Shown: positions 10,970 through 21,656 of the stretch, one piece after another
Numbering within the stretch: the stretch's first letter is position 1
How the letters are laid out: each line of letters begins with the position of its first letter
Assembly: GCA_965216125.1 (NCBI GenBank)
Contig: OZ244152.1
Span: 4,696,578-4,760,577 of the forward strand
DNA from: Candidatus Multivorans sp.
GTDB lineage: Bacteria; Acidobacteriota; Thermoanaerobaculia; Multivoradales; Multivoraceae
Direction: 5' to 3'
Length of the DNA stretch: 64,000 nt
Program-made: the position numbers and the translations under genes
Notes under the pieces: generated by a model
Told to the model about the DNA's origin: nothing
The model's input: only the letters and a program-made list of their open reading frames with translations
Databases searched by the model: none

Positions 10970-11040
10970 TCGGGACCTCCGATCGGAACTGAACTGGTCG
11001 ACCTAGTGTAACGCCTCTGAACGTTGAGGAGCCACTACAG

Positions 11041-12333
11041 CTACTCGACCGGACTCCTCAAGCTCTCCGCCGCGCGGAGGACGCGGAGGAAGTTGCCGCC
11101 CCAGATCTTGGCGATGTCCTCCTCGCTGTAACCGCGCTCGAGCAGGCCCACGGTGACGCCCAGGGCCTCGCTGGCATCCGCGAAGCCTTCGACGCCGCCG
11201 CCGTGGTTGAAGTCGGATCCGATGCCGACGTGGTCGACGCCGATCCGGTCGACGATGTAGTCGAGGTGGTTGAGCATCGAATCCACGCTGCCCGGGCCGA
11301 GGAGATCGCTGATCGACTGCGTGAAGGCTGCGCGGGCATCGGGGTCGTCGATCTCCCAGTACAGCTCGAACGGATAGAGGTAGTCCTCCAGAACGCCGGC
11401 GGCCCGCCGGGCCTCCCGAATCGCCTCGTCCAACGCCTGATCCGTGGAGTCGAAGAGGTAGCCCCGGAACGGGCAGACATGAATCACGCCGCCGATCGCG
11501 CCGATGCCGTCGATCTCCTCGTCGGTCAGGTTCCGGCTGGCCTCGGTGAGCTGCCGCACGTTGGAATGGCTGGCAATGACAGGCGCCGTTGAGGTCTCGA
11601 GCACCTGCAACACCGCGTCCCACGACAACTGGGACACGTCGACCACCCCACCCAGGGCATTGATCCGCTCGATCGCGGTGACACCCAGGTCGGACAAGCC
11701 TCCGTGCTCAACCGCTTCGTGAGTGCCCGTCGCCGCGTCGAAGATGGGGCGCGACGAGTCAGCGAAGTCGTTGTGCCCCATGTGGGTGAGCGCGAACACC
11801 CGCGCTCCGGCAGCGTAGAACTCGTCCAGCGCTGAGACGTCCGTACCAAGGATCAGTGCATTCTGGAAGCCGAGAATGAGCGCCGCCTGGCCCTGCTCGT
11901 GGGCAGCGACCACCTCGTCGGCCGAACGGGCGACCACCGCGTTGTTCGCCGGGTCGCCCGCCAGCGCGAGAACGGCCTCGATTTCCTCGTCCGCCGTTGC
12001 CCGGGCGGCCGCGTAGCCGTCCGGCGTTCGCGGCCCGGGACCGACCGCGACGGACATGACCACCGCATCGACTCCGCCCGCGTGAAGCTTGGCGGGCTCG
12101 ACCTGCGAGAGTCCATCGTCGCCCACGTAGGGAGAAGGCGCGTCCGCAAGCTCGATGTCCGCGTGGGCGTCGAGGACCAGAACGCGTTCATGGATGGCGC
12201 GGGCTTGTTCGAGCAGCGCCTCGGGCGACTGGTGTGCATCGGAGATGCTCTCGCCGGAAGGACCAGCGCACCCCCATGCCACTACGGCGACAAGCGCCAA
12301 GGTCCCCAGAATCCAGATTGCTGTTCGGTTCAT
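11041..12333 (-). CDS. Membrane dipeptidase (peptidase M19), lipoprotein
   Basis: Lipobox AWGC, DAHAD, LTH, VIASHS, DHVGIGSDF and KIWGGNFLRV. Confidence 0.9.
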   Translation of the reverse strand: MNRTAIWILGTLALVAVVAWGCAGPSGESISDAHQSPEALLEQARAIHERVLVLDAHADIELADAPSPYVGDDGLSQVEPAKLHAGGVDAVVMSVAVGPGPRTPDGYAAARATADEEIEAVLALAGDPANNAVVARSADEVVAAHEQGQAALILGFQNALILGTDVSALDEFYAAGARVFALTHMGHNDFADSSRPIFDAATGTHEAVEHGGLSDLGVTAIERINALGGVVDVSQLSWDAVLQVLETSTAPVIASHSNVRQLTEASRNLTDEEIDGIGAIGGVIHVCPFRGYLFDSTDQALDEAIREARRAAGVLEDYLYPFELYWEIDDPDARAAFTQSISDLLGPGSVDSMLNHLDYIVDRIGVDHVGIGSDFNHGGGVEGFADASEALGVTVGLLERGYSEEDIAKIWGGNFLRVLRAAESLRSPVE

Positions 12334-12385
12334 CGCTTCCCCCTTACGGAACTCCGATTGTGGGCCCCGGACCGGGACCGTCCCG

Positions 12386-13402
12386 TCACGAGGCGACCCG
12401 CACGATCCGCGTACCGACGTTGCCGCCTGCCAGCAGGTCGACGAAGGCTTCCGGCGCGCGCTCGAGTCCTTCGAAGACATCCTGCTTCGGGACCAGCTTG
12501 CCGGCCTCGACCCACTCGCGCATCTGGGCTCGCCCCTCGTCGTAGCGGTCCGCGTAGTCGAAGACGAGGAAGCCCTCCATGCGGACGCGGTTGTTGATCA
12601 AGAGACCCGGGACGCCGCGCGGCCCCGGCGACGGGCTCGATGTGTCGTACTGGGAGACGACGCCGCAGCAAACGATGCGGCCGTGAGTCTTCATGCGCCG
12701 CAGGGCACCGCCCAGGACCTCGCCGCCGGTGTTGTCGAAGTAGATGTCGATGCGGTCGGGCAACGCTTCCTTGAACTCGAGCCGGAAGTTCGGGCTCTTG
12801 TAGTCCACGGCGGCGTCGAAGCCCAGCTCCTCGGTGAGCAGGCGGCACTTCGCCTCGCCGCCGGCGACGCCGACGACGCGGCAGCCGGCGATGCCGGCCA
12901 TCTGCCCGACCAGGTGGCCGACCGAGCCGGCGGCCGCCGAGACGAGGACTGTCTGCCCCTGCTTCGGTTCGCCGACATCGAACAGCCCGAAGTAGGCGGT
13001 CAGCCCGTTCGTGCCGTAGACGCCGAGGTGGTGCGCCGGATCGTCGTCGCTGTCGCCGCCGTCATCGACAACGCGAACCTTCGCCGCGGCATGGACCGAG
13101 TAGTCCTGCCAACCGGCCGGACAGACGACCAGCGCGCCGACCGGCACTCCGCCGTCGTTCGATGCCTCGACCCGGGCCACCGCGGTGCCGCCCATCACGA
13201 TGCCCGCGCGCGGCGCCCCGGCGTAGCTCGCGCTGCCCTGGAGACCGGCGCGCTGGCCGGCGCCGATCGTGATCGCGAGCGTGCGGCACAGCACTTCGCC
13301 GTCACCCGGCGCCGGCGCCTCGCCCGTCCGCAGCGCGTAGTTGCCGGGCTCGAGCTTTCCCGCAGGCAACGAGTCGATGATGATCTGGCGGTTCTCGGTC
13401 AT
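12386..13402 (-). CDS. NADP-dependent oxidoreductase (CurA/YncB, PTGR-like MDR family)
   Basis: GLTAYFGL, VSAAAGSVG, YFDNTGG and RMEGFLVFDY. Confidence 0.92.
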   Translation of the reverse strand: MTENRQIIIDSLPAGKLEPGNYALRTGEAPAPGDGEVLCRTLAITIGAGQRAGLQGSASYAGAPRAGIVMGGTAVARVEASNDGGVPVGALVVCPAGWQDYSVHAAAKVRVVDDGGDSDDDPAHHLGVYGTNGLTAYFGLFDVGEPKQGQTVLVSAAAGSVGHLVGQMAGIAGCRVVGVAGGEAKCRLLTEELGFDAAVDYKSPNFRLEFKEALPDRIDIYFDNTGGEVLGGALRRMKTHGRIVCCGVVSQYDTSSPSPGPRGVPGLLINNRVRMEGFLVFDYADRYDEGRAQMREWVEAGKLVPKQDVFEGLERAPEAFVDLLAGGNVGTRIVRVAS

Positions 13403-13454
13403 GGTCGGCGCCGGGTTGCTCTATCTCCACCGGCCTGCCGCCGGTCGCGGCACC

Positions 13455-14054
13455 CTATCCTCCGTCGCCGCCTTCCAGCCGTCGCTCGATCCGCAGCAGC
13501 GTGTCCCTGACCTCGGCAAGCAGCCGCCCCGACTCCGCCATCGCTTCCCTCGTCGCCGCGGCGGTGGCTGACGGAGCGGACGCCGCCCCGCCCGATCCCG
13601 CGACTCGTTCACGCTGCGCCAGGACGGCCGCGCGGAATTCCTCGGTTCCCTCGATGCCAACCAGCTTGATCAGGCTGCCGGGGCCGGACTGGCCGGCGGT
13701 CTCCACCGAGAGCCCGCGCAGGCCGAGGCGCCTCATGATCGGCCCGTGGGACATCGCCAGGTCCGTGATCTTGTCCAGCGGAACCGTCTTCTCCTGCCGG
13801 ATCAGGACGCCGCGCGCGACGTGGAGGTTCTTCTCGGTCAGCACACAGCGGAGGCGCGCCAGGTAGCGGCCGGTGAGGGCGTGGCCGATGGGAAACCAGA
13901 AGATGAGGAGCGGGATCCCGACGATGGTGGCCGTCAAGATCAGCGCGCCCGCCAGCAGCCAGTAGGTGCGCACCTTCGGGTCGAAGGTGGCTTGGCGCAG
14001 GATCGGCTCGTCGCCCGTGTGCAGTTCCGGATCGGCTACAACGGCATCGGTCAT
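13455..14054 (-). CDS. Bacterial PH-domain (bPH_2/YdbS-like) membrane protein
   Basis: N-terminal hydrophobic segment, then RGVLIRQEKTVPLDKITD, GPIMRRLGL and VETAG. Confidence 0.85.
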   Translation of the reverse strand: MTDAVVADPELHTGDEPILRQATFDPKVRTYWLLAGALILTATIVGIPLLIFWFPIGHALTGRYLARLRCVLTEKNLHVARGVLIRQEKTVPLDKITDLAMSHGPIMRRLGLRGLSVETAGQSGPGSLIKLVGIEGTEEFRAAVLAQRERVAGSGGAASAPSATAAATREAMAESGRLLAEVRDTLLRIERRLEGGDGG

Positions 14055-14373
14055 TTCGACTCCTCGTGATGGCGACTCGCAGGATTGGGACGAAGACGAC
14101 CCTTCGCTGAGCGACGGCCCGCAACGATGACGCCCGCCGGCCGCGCGGTCTCCTCGCGCGGAGGGGGAGGGCAGTGGTTTTCAGGGCTGTACGATAGCCG
14201 GAGCGTTGCGAGTCCGTCCAGAACGGGGCCAGCACCGCGCCGGCACGCCACCTCTAGTCGCGCCATCTCGGGTGACAGCGCAAGCTCCTGGCGGGACGAT
14301 AGGATGCCCGCTTGCATCCACCACAGGCGTTTCGCGTTCCAGGGAGGCCTTGTGTCCCAGGAAAGGGGCGGGC

Positions 14374-17300
14374 ATGAGAGTTCCGGCCAAGTCGGCATTG
14401 GTAGTAGTAGTCCTGGCGGCGCTCGGCGCCGGTTGCACCCGGAGCACGGGCGCCGACGGAGCGGAGGCCCAGGAGTCCGAGAACGTGGTTCCGCTACAGG
14501 CGGTCCAGGACGAGGAGACCGGCTCGATCGCCATCTACCGCGAGGGCGATGACGAGCCGATCGTCACCCAGAACGCGGGCGCCGAGCACCGGCCGTTCCT
14601 GCATCCGATCGCCGCCCCGGACGGCAAGGGGATGGCGACGCAGTACAGCCCGGGTCATCACCCGCACCAGACGGGGCTCTACTGGGGCTTCACGAGAGTG
14701 AACGGCGAGCCGATGGACGAGGACACGCTCAGGCAGTGGTTCTACCGGCGCGACAAGCCGGAGGACATCGCCCGCGCCGTCGGCCGTGACTACTTCCACA
14801 ACCCGGGCGGAGAGTACTGGCGCCGCGAGTCGGCCTCCCTGATGACCGAGTCCGGTCCCGAAGTGAAGTGGCAGACGGTCTACGGCATGCTGGACGCGGA
14901 CGGCAAGGCCTTCATGACCGAGACGCAGAACTGGACGATGCGGGCCGAGGAAGACCGCTTCATCCTCGATCTCGAATGGGCCGGCGAGGCCCACACCGAG
15001 GTCTCGATCAACGAGATGTCCTACGGCGGCATGTTCCTGCGCATGCCCTGGCACAAGGACATCAAGGGCGAAGCCGTCAACGCGGCGCGGCAGCGCAACG
15101 CCCAGGCCGAGGGCCAGCGCGCGATGTGGGTCGACGTCGGGATGCAGGTCGAGGGCCGCGACGACTACCTCCACGTCGCCATCTTCGATCACCCGATGAA
15201 CGCGGGCTTCCCGCAGACCTGGCGCGTCGACGGCCAGCTCGGCGTCGGGCCGACGCGGGCACGGATGGGCGACTGGCAGATCCCGGAAGGGTCGACCGAG
15301 GTCATCCGCCACCGGCTCGTCGTCTACACCGGCGAACTCAACGACCTCGAACTGACGGAGGACTGGCAGGAGTACACGGGCGCAGCCGAAGGCGCCTACT
15401 CCACCGCGGCACTCTGGGGCATCGCCCAGCGGGAGGCGCTGCAGGAGAAGTTCCTGACCGCGGACGAGGCGGTCGAGGCAATGACTGTACGCGACGGTTT
15501 CAAGGTCAACGCCTGGGCCTCCGAGCCCATGATCACCCAGCCCATGGCCTTCGCCTGGGACGACCGCGGCCGGATGTGGATCGCCGAGAACCGCGACTAT
15601 GAGACTCGCGGGAGAGGCTTCTCGGGCGCGGGCGACAGCCGCATTCTGATCCTGGAGGACACCGATCGAGACGGTGAGGCCGATAGCAAGAAGGTCTTCG
15701 CGGAGGGCATCCCGTTTCCGGCGGCGCTGGCGGTCGGCTTCGACGGCGTCTTCGTCGGCGCACCGCCCCACCTCCTCTACCTCCCCGATCGCGACGGCGA
15801 CGACGTGGCCGAAATGGACGACGCCGAGATCCTGCTGACCGGCTGGGGCATCCGCGACCGTCACGAGACGATCAACAGCTTCCACTGGGGACCCGACGGC
15901 TGGCTCTACGGCCTCGAGGGGTTCGCGACGCCCTCCAAGATCCGCAAGCCGGGGCCCGACGAGACGATCTACGGCCACAACGATCCGTTCCCGGCGGACC
16001 TTCTCGAAGCCGATGGAGTCGACATCAACGGCGGGGTGTGGCGTTACCACCCGACGAAGAGGCGCTTCGAGGTCGTCGCGCACGGCTTCAGCAACCCCTG
16101 GGGCATCGACTACGACGCAAAGGGCCAGATCTTCATCACCGCCTGCGTGATCCCGCACCTCTTCCACGTCGTACCCGGAGGCATCTACCACCGGCAGGGC
16201 GGCTCGCACTTCAACCCGTACGTCTACGGCGACATCCGCACCATCGTCGACCACCGGCACCGCTCCGCGCACGGCGGCGCCCGCGTCTACCTCTCGGACG
16301 CCTTCCCCGAAGAGCACCACGGCCGGCTGTTCATGGCGAACATCCACGAGCACGCGGTGCTCTCGGACGAACTCGAGCCCAAGGGGTCCAGCTTCGTCGC
16401 CCGTCACGGCGAGGACTTCCTGCTCGCCAACAACAAGCAGTGGGTCGGCTTCAGCATGGAGATCGGCCCGGACGGCGATGTCTACGTCCTCGACTGGCAC
16501 GACGCGGACATCTGCGGCAACGACGTCAAGCACAAGGAGACCGGCCGCATCTTCCGCATCACGCCTGAGCAGTCCCAGGCGGAGAACTGGGAGGGCCGCT
16601 ACGACGACATCAAGGCGATGTCGAACGCGAAGCTGGTCGACCTGCAACTCTCGAGGAGCGCCTGGCACGCGCGGCGGGCGCGAGTCGTCCTGCAGGCCCG
16701 GGCGGCGAAGGGCGAGGTCGACGCCTCGGTTCGCGCCGCGCTGCACGAGATGTTCGCGTCGAACCCGGACGGCGACCTCCGCCTGCGGGCGATGTGGGCG
16801 CTCCATGTCACCGACGGCTTCACGCCCGACCAGTTGACCGACGCGCTCGACGACCCGGACGCCCACGTCCGCGCCTGGGCGGTTCAGCTTCTGACCGAGG
16901 ATCACGACGCGCCCTCGGCCGCCGTCGGCCAGTTCGCCGCCATGGCGGACAGCGATGACTCCGCCGTCGTCCGGCTCTACCTCGCGGCGGCCCTCCAGCG
17001 TCTTGAGCACGAGGACCGCTGGCCAGTCGCCGAAGGTCTGGTGAAGCACGGCGTGGACGCGGACGATCACAACATCCCGAAGATGATCTGGTTCGGCATC
17101 GAGCCTGTGGTCGCCGAAGATCCGGAACGGGCGCTACAGCTCGCCCGGAATTCCGAGATTCCGATGCTCACGGAGAACATCGGACGCCGGCTCGTCGACG
17201 CGAACCGCCTGGAGACGCTCGTCACCTCACTCGGTGATCGCTCCGACGCCCGCCTCCCCCTGCTGCGGGGGATGCGCGCGGGGCTGGAGAGCCAGTTCGA

Positions 17301-18309
17301 GGTCGAGCGGCCTGACGACTGGGCCGGCGTGTACCGGAAGCTGAAGAGGGACCGGTCCGCCGCCGACCTCGCCCAGGAAGTGGACCAGCAGTTCGGCGGC
17401 GTCGAGGCCGCGCGTCAATTCATCGCGACACTCGATGACGAGAGCGCGCCGGCCGAAGATCGGCGGCGGGCCATCCGGGGCCTCGCCGACCAGCAGCACG
17501 AGGCGCTTGCCGAGCGGCTGCCGGCCCTGCTGGATGACCCCGAGCTGCGAATCGCCGCGATCCGCGCCTTCGCCGCGTTCGACGGAGGCTGGCAATCGGG
17601 GTTCCTGCTGCTGGGCCGCTACGACTCCTTCAACTCGGACGAGAAGCTCGCCACGGTGCAGACGCTGTCATCCCGCCCCATCTACGGCAGGGTGCTCACC
17701 GGGGCGATCAAGGGCGAGGACATCCCCCGGCGCGATGTGCCGGCGTACGTCGCCCGCCAGCTCCACCGGGTCGTGGGCAGCGGCTTCCTCGAGGTCTGGG
17801 GGCCGATCACCCGGGTCTCCAGCGAGAAGACGGCGGCCATCGCGAAGTACACGACGATCCTGAACGACGAGGCGATCGCTTCCGCCGATCCCAGTCACGG
17901 CGAGCAGATGTTCAGCGAACTCTGCGGCGTCTGCCACCAGATGTTCGGGACGGGGGCTTTGATCGGTCCCGACCTCACCGGTTCCAATCGCACGGAACTC
18001 GACTACCTGCTGACGAACATCATCGACCCCAGCGGCGACATCCAGGACGACTACCGGACGCTGATGGTGACGACCCGCGACGGCCGCACCTACTCGGGCA
18101 CCGTGGCCGCCGAGAGCGACCGCGCCCTGACCTTGAGGGTCGTCGGCGAGGACGAAGTGGTCATCGCGCAGTCGGACATCCAGTCGCGTGACCTGTTCCC
18201 TCTGTCGATGATGCCCGAGGGTCTACTCGATGGATACGAGGACGCGGAGGTGCGGAACCTGGTGGCGTATCTCATGACCGCCGAAGAGGCCACGTCTCAG
18301 GGCCCCTAG
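14374..18309 (+). CDS. Lipoprotein with PmoA-like (DUF6807) domain, PVC-type beta-propeller dehydrogenase, HEAT repeats and cytochrome c
   Basis: Lipobox LGAGC; RPFLHP, HPHQTGLYWG and YGGMFLR; ASEP..PMAFAWDDRGR, WGPDGWLY and GFSNPWG; HEAT repeats; CGVCH...IGPDLTG; SMMPEGLL. Confidence 0.88.
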   Translation: MRVPAKSALVVVVLAALGAGCTRSTGADGAEAQESENVVPLQAVQDEETGSIAIYREGDDEPIVTQNAGAEHRPFLHPIAAPDGKGMATQYSPGHHPHQTGLYWGFTRVNGEPMDEDTLRQWFYRRDKPEDIARAVGRDYFHNPGGEYWRRESASLMTESGPEVKWQTVYGMLDADGKAFMTETQNWTMRAEEDRFILDLEWAGEAHTEVSINEMSYGGMFLRMPWHKDIKGEAVNAARQRNAQAEGQRAMWVDVGMQVEGRDDYLHVAIFDHPMNAGFPQTWRVDGQLGVGPTRARMGDWQIPEGSTEVIRHRLVVYTGELNDLELTEDWQEYTGAAEGAYSTAALWGIAQREALQEKFLTADEAVEAMTVRDGFKVNAWASEPMITQPMAFAWDDRGRMWIAENRDYETRGRGFSGAGDSRILILEDTDRDGEADSKKVFAEGIPFPAALAVGFDGVFVGAPPHLLYLPDRDGDDVAEMDDAEILLTGWGIRDRHETINSFHWGPDGWLYGLEGFATPSKIRKPGPDETIYGHNDPFPADLLEADGVDINGGVWRYHPTKRRFEVVAHGFSNPWGIDYDAKGQIFITACVIPHLFHVVPGGIYHRQGGSHFNPYVYGDIRTIVDHRHRSAHGGARVYLSDAFPEEHHGRLFMANIHEHAVLSDELEPKGSSFVARHGEDFLLANNKQWVGFSMEIGPDGDVYVLDWHDADICGNDVKHKETGRIFRITPEQSQAENWEGRYDDIKAMSNAKLVDLQLSRSAWHARRARVVLQARAAKGEVDASVRAALHEMFASNPDGDLRLRAMWALHVTDGFTPDQLTDALDDPDAHVRAWAVQLLTEDHDAPSAAVGQFAAMADSDDSAVVRLYLAAALQRLEHEDRWPVAEGLVKHGVDADDHNIPKMIWFGIEPVVAEDPERALQLARNSEIPMLTENIGRRLVDANRLETLVTSLGDRSDARLPLLRGMRAGLESQFEVERPDDWAGVYRKLKRDRSAADLAQEVDQQFGGVEAARQFIATLDDESAPAEDRRRAIRGLADQQHEALAERLPALLDDPELRIAAIRAFAAFDGGWQSGFLLLGRYDSFNSDEKLATVQTLSSRPIYGRVLTGAIKGEDIPRRDVPAYVARQLHRVVGSGFLEVWGPITRVSSEKTAAIAKYTTILNDEAIASADPSHGEQMFSELCGVCHQMFGTGALIGPDLTGSNRTELDYLLTNIIDPSGDIQDDYRTLMVTTRDGRTYSGTVAAESDRALTLRVVGEDEVVIAQSDIQSRDLFPLSMMPEGLLDGYEDAEVRNLVAYLMTAEEATSQGP

Positions 18310-18331
18310 CGGCTGCCCTGAGGACACGCAG

Positions 18332-19444
18332 ATGACGAACGTCGCCATGATCGGCCTCGGCTTCGGCGCCGAGTTCATCCCCATCTACCAGGCCTACCCC
18401 GGCGCCAACGTCCACGCGATCTGCCGCCGCGACGAGGCCGAGCTCCACCGCGTCGGTGACCAGTTCGGCATCGAGCATCGCTATACGAGCTACGACGACG
18501 TGCTCGCCGACTCAGGAGTCGACTACGTCCACATCAACACGCCGATCCCGGACCACGCCTGGATGTCCCTGGCCGCTCTCGACGCCGGCAAGCACGTCAT
18601 GTGCACCGTGCCGATGGCGACGACGGTCGACGACTGCCGGAAGATCGTCGCGAAGGTCGAGGAGACCGGTCTCAGATACATGATGGCCGAGACCGTCGTC
18701 TACAGCCGAGAGTTCCTGTTCATCAAGGAGCTCTACGAGAAGGGCGAACTGGGCGAGATCCAGCATCTCGCCGCCTCCCATCCGCAAGACATGGACGGCT
18801 GGCCGTCCTACTGGGAGCGGATGATCCCGATGCACTACGCGACCCACGTCGTGAGCCCCTGCCTGGGCCTCGTCGACGGGCTGGCCGAGTACGTGAGCTG
18901 CTTCGGTTCCGGCATCGTGCGCGACGACATCGCCGAGAAGTCGGGCAACCGCTTCGCCGTCGAGACCTGCCACATCAAGGTCAAGGACCAGGAGCTTGTA
19001 GCCCACATCTGGCGCTTCCTCTACGACGTGGCGCGGCAGTACCGCGAGAGCTTCGACGTCTACGGCACCAGGAAGAGCTTCGAGTGGACGCTGATCGAGG
19101 ACGAACCGCACGTTCTCCATACCGCGAAGAAGCCCGAGCCCGAGATCCCCGAGAAGATCGAGGTGCCGGACTACGCGCACCTGCTGCCGGAAGAGGTCCG
19201 GAAGTTCACCCTGCCGCAGGCGATCCAGGACGCCGAGCACCTCTCCTTCATCCAGGGCGGCGGCCACGGCGGCTCCCACCCCCACCTCGTGAACGAGTTC
19301 CTGAGCGCTCTGCGCGAAGACCGGGATCCGAGGCCGAACGCCGTGGTGAGCGCCAACTGGACCTGCGTCGGCATCTGCGCCCACGAATCCGCCATGAAGG
19401 GCGGCGAAATCGTTCGTCTGCCCGATTTCACCCTCACCGCCTGA
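18332..19444 (+). CDS. Gfo/Idh/MocA family oxidoreductase
   Basis: IGLGFG Rossmann motif, HINTPIPDH, AGKHVMC and GGHGGSHPHL. Confidence 0.92.
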   Translation: MTNVAMIGLGFGAEFIPIYQAYPGANVHAICRRDEAELHRVGDQFGIEHRYTSYDDVLADSGVDYVHINTPIPDHAWMSLAALDAGKHVMCTVPMATTVDDCRKIVAKVEETGLRYMMAETVVYSREFLFIKELYEKGELGEIQHLAASHPQDMDGWPSYWERMIPMHYATHVVSPCLGLVDGLAEYVSCFGSGIVRDDIAEKSGNRFAVETCHIKVKDQELVAHIWRFLYDVARQYRESFDVYGTRKSFEWTLIEDEPHVLHTAKKPEPEIPEKIEVPDYAHLLPEEVRKFTLPQAIQDAEHLSFIQGGGHGGSHPHLVNEFLSALREDRDPRPNAVVSANWTCVGICAHESAMKGGEIVRLPDFTLTA

Positions 19445-19486
19445 CGCGTCCCGACATCCACTTCCGTTCCGACTCCCAGAGGGCCC

Positions 19487-20920
19487 ATGAACAACACGAA
19501 ACTCCTGATCGCGAGCTTCCTGACCATCTTCGTTGCCGGACTCGGCTTCGCCGTCCGCGGCGGGCTCCTCCTCGAATGGGGAAAGGAGTTCGGCTTCACG
19601 CAAACGGAGCTCGGACAGATCACGGGGGGCGGCTTCGTCGGGTTCGGCATCGTGATCCTCATCGCGAGCCTGTTCCTCGACCGCTTCGGCTACAAGCCGT
19701 TCCTCATGCTCGCGGGCATCCTCCACGTGCTGTCGGTCGTCATCACGGTGGCGGCGACGTTCGTGTACAGCGCCAACATCGCGACCGACCCGGACGCGGC
19801 CCGCGCGGGCGCCTACTTCTGCCTGTTCTGGGGGATCTTCATCTTCGCGATCGCGAACGGCATCTGTGAGGCCGTCGTCAATCCGCTGGTCGCCACCCTC
19901 TATCGCAAGCAGAAGACGCACTACCTGAACATCCTGCACGCGGGATGGCCGGGCGGCATGATCGCCGGGGCCCTCCTGGCCGTCGTGATGATCGGACGCG
20001 TGCACTGGGAGATCGTGCTCGCCCTCTACCTCGTCCCGGCGCTCATCTACATCCTGATGATCGTCAAGGAGAAGTTCCCGGTGTCGGAGGCGACCGCCGC
20101 CGGCGTCAAGTTCGGCGACATGGTCAAGGAGTTCGCGGCGCCGATGCTGCTCTTCCTCCTCGTCCTCCACGTCTGCATCGGCTACGTCGAGCTCGGAACC
20201 GACAGTTGGATCGTCAACATCATGGACACGGTGCTCGGAGGCAAGGGGCTGTTCATCCTCCTCTACACCTCCATCCTGATGTTCGTTCTGCGCTTCTTCG
20301 CCGGGCCCATCGTCCAACGGATCAATCCGTTGGGACTCCTCTTCTCAAGCGCCGTCCTCGCCATGATCGGCCTCTATGCGCTCGGCTCCTTCGCCGCCGC
20401 CGCCGCCGTCATGGTGGCCGCGACCATCTACGGCGTCGGCAAGACCTTCTTCTGGCCGACGATGCTGGGTGTCGTTTCCGAGCGCTTCCCCAAGGGAGGA
20501 GCGCTCACCCTGGGCGCGGTCGGCGGCGTCGGCATGCTGTCGGCCGGCCTTCTCGGCGGCCCCGGCATCGGCTACCTGCAGGACAGCTACGCCTCCCGGG
20601 ACCTCCAGGACAGTGCCCCCGCCGTCTACAAGGAGTACAAGGCCGAGGGCGCGAACCGGTTCCTGTTCTTCCCCGCCGTGCAGGGGCTGGACGGTTCCAA
20701 GGCCGGCCCCGTCATGGAGAAGGCCAAGGACTTCAGCATCACCCTGCCCCCCGACGAGCAGGCCGTTCGCGACGCGTCGTTCTACGGCGGCCAGAGCGCT
20801 CTCAAGGCCACCGCGATCGTCCCGGCGTTCATGGCGCTCGGGTTCCTCTTCCTGCTCCTCCACTTCCGGCGGACCGGCGGCTACAAGCAGATCATCCTGC
20901 CGTCGTCTGACGACGGCTGA
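19487..20920 (+). CDS. MFS transporter (sugar type)
   Basis: About 12 hydrophobic segments, DRFGYK, EAVVNPLVATLY, LHAGWPGG and FFWPTMLG. Confidence 0.92.
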   Translation: MNNTKLLIASFLTIFVAGLGFAVRGGLLLEWGKEFGFTQTELGQITGGGFVGFGIVILIASLFLDRFGYKPFLMLAGILHVLSVVITVAATFVYSANIATDPDAARAGAYFCLFWGIFIFAIANGICEAVVNPLVATLYRKQKTHYLNILHAGWPGGMIAGALLAVVMIGRVHWEIVLALYLVPALIYILMIVKEKFPVSEATAAGVKFGDMVKEFAAPMLLFLLVLHVCIGYVELGTDSWIVNIMDTVLGGKGLFILLYTSILMFVLRFFAGPIVQRINPLGLLFSSAVLAMIGLYALGSFAAAAAVMVAATIYGVGKTFFWPTMLGVVSERFPKGGALTLGAVGGVGMLSAGLLGGPGIGYLQDSYASRDLQDSAPAVYKEYKAEGANRFLFFPAVQGLDGSKAGPVMEKAKDFSITLPPDEQAVRDASFYGGQSALKATAIVPAFMALGFLFLLLHFRRTGGYKQIILPSSDDG

Positions 20921-20938
20921 GTAGGGAACTGGCCGCTC

Positions 20939-20965
20939 ACTGGGTGCGCCGGCGTCCCCGCCGGC
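20939..20965. repeat. REP-like palindrome, copy 1
   Basis: ACTGGGTGC-GCCGGCGTCCCCGCCGGC. Near-exact reverse complement of 37162-37188. Confidence 0.75.
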
Positions 20966-21030
20966 TTTCGAGAGAAACGCGGCGAAGCGGCGACGATACT
21001 GCGCGCTGGCGGCGAGGATTGAGGAGAATC

Positions 21031-21165
21031 TTGAGACAGATCACGGGCATCCTGTTCGATGCGGGGGACACGCTCGTCAGACCCAAGGCCGGCGAGTGGT
21101 TTCCGAAACAGCACTTCGTCGACGCTTTTCGGGCTCGAGGAGTCACCGACGCGAACATGGACCGT
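21031..21165 (+). pseudogene. HAD-family hydrolase, N-terminal stub
   Basis: RBS GAGGAG and TTG start; ITGILFDAGDTLV is HAD motif I. The frame runs into the antisense relaxase tail after ~45 codons. Confidence 0.75.
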
Positions 21166-21610
21166 TGCCCGGAGCTCGCGATCGAACCTCGATGTGCGCT
21201 CAAGGCCGGACCGGGGCGGCTGATCGAGTGAGTCCCCATCGAGGGCGCGGCTGACGCGCTCGACCGGACGGCCCGTGCGCAGCTCCTGGTGGGCCGCGCG
21301 GCCCAGGTGGACGCCGGCGGCCTGCTGTTGGTCGACCAGGCTCTGATGGTCGATCCGCTCCGGGCTGTTCGCCTGCTGGAGCGCACGGTTCGCGGACGCG
21401 GCCCACTCCCGCCGCCACTCCTGCAGGAGCGCCCGATCGTTCCACGAGCGGTCCTTGCCGGCGAAGCCGTCAGGCCCGATCCGCCGGGTCGTCAGGAGCA
21501 CGTGCGCATGAGGGTTCCGGGAGCCGCCGTCGTGGTAGGCCACGTCGGCGACCATCCCGTGGTCCACGCCGGCGCGGCGCGTGTAGTCGTGCCTTCTCTC
21601 CATTCGGTCT
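21165..21610 (-). pseudogene. MobA/MobL (MOBQ) relaxase remnant
   Basis: HDYTRRAGVDH, GMVADVAYHD, NPHAHVLLTTR, KDRSWND, WRREWA..NRAL and RIDH. The N-terminal catalytic Tyr motif and the middle segment are missing. Confidence 0.85.
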
Positions 21611-21656
21611 GCAGATTCCGGAATCGGATCCGGCCTGTCTGCTAGGGTTTAGGGGC

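Noticed and set aside
14374-15400. PmoA-like domain as methane monooxygenase
   Set aside because: It is a soluble domain of a lipoprotein, not the membrane PmoA, and there are no pmoB or pmoC genes.
14494-17070. Long antisense or alternate-frame ORFs (also 2305-4257, 18512-20317, 30393-32987, 37338-39230, 41773-43818)
   Set aside because: These are shadow ORFs of GC-rich genes, with no motifs and biased Arg/Pro/Gly composition.
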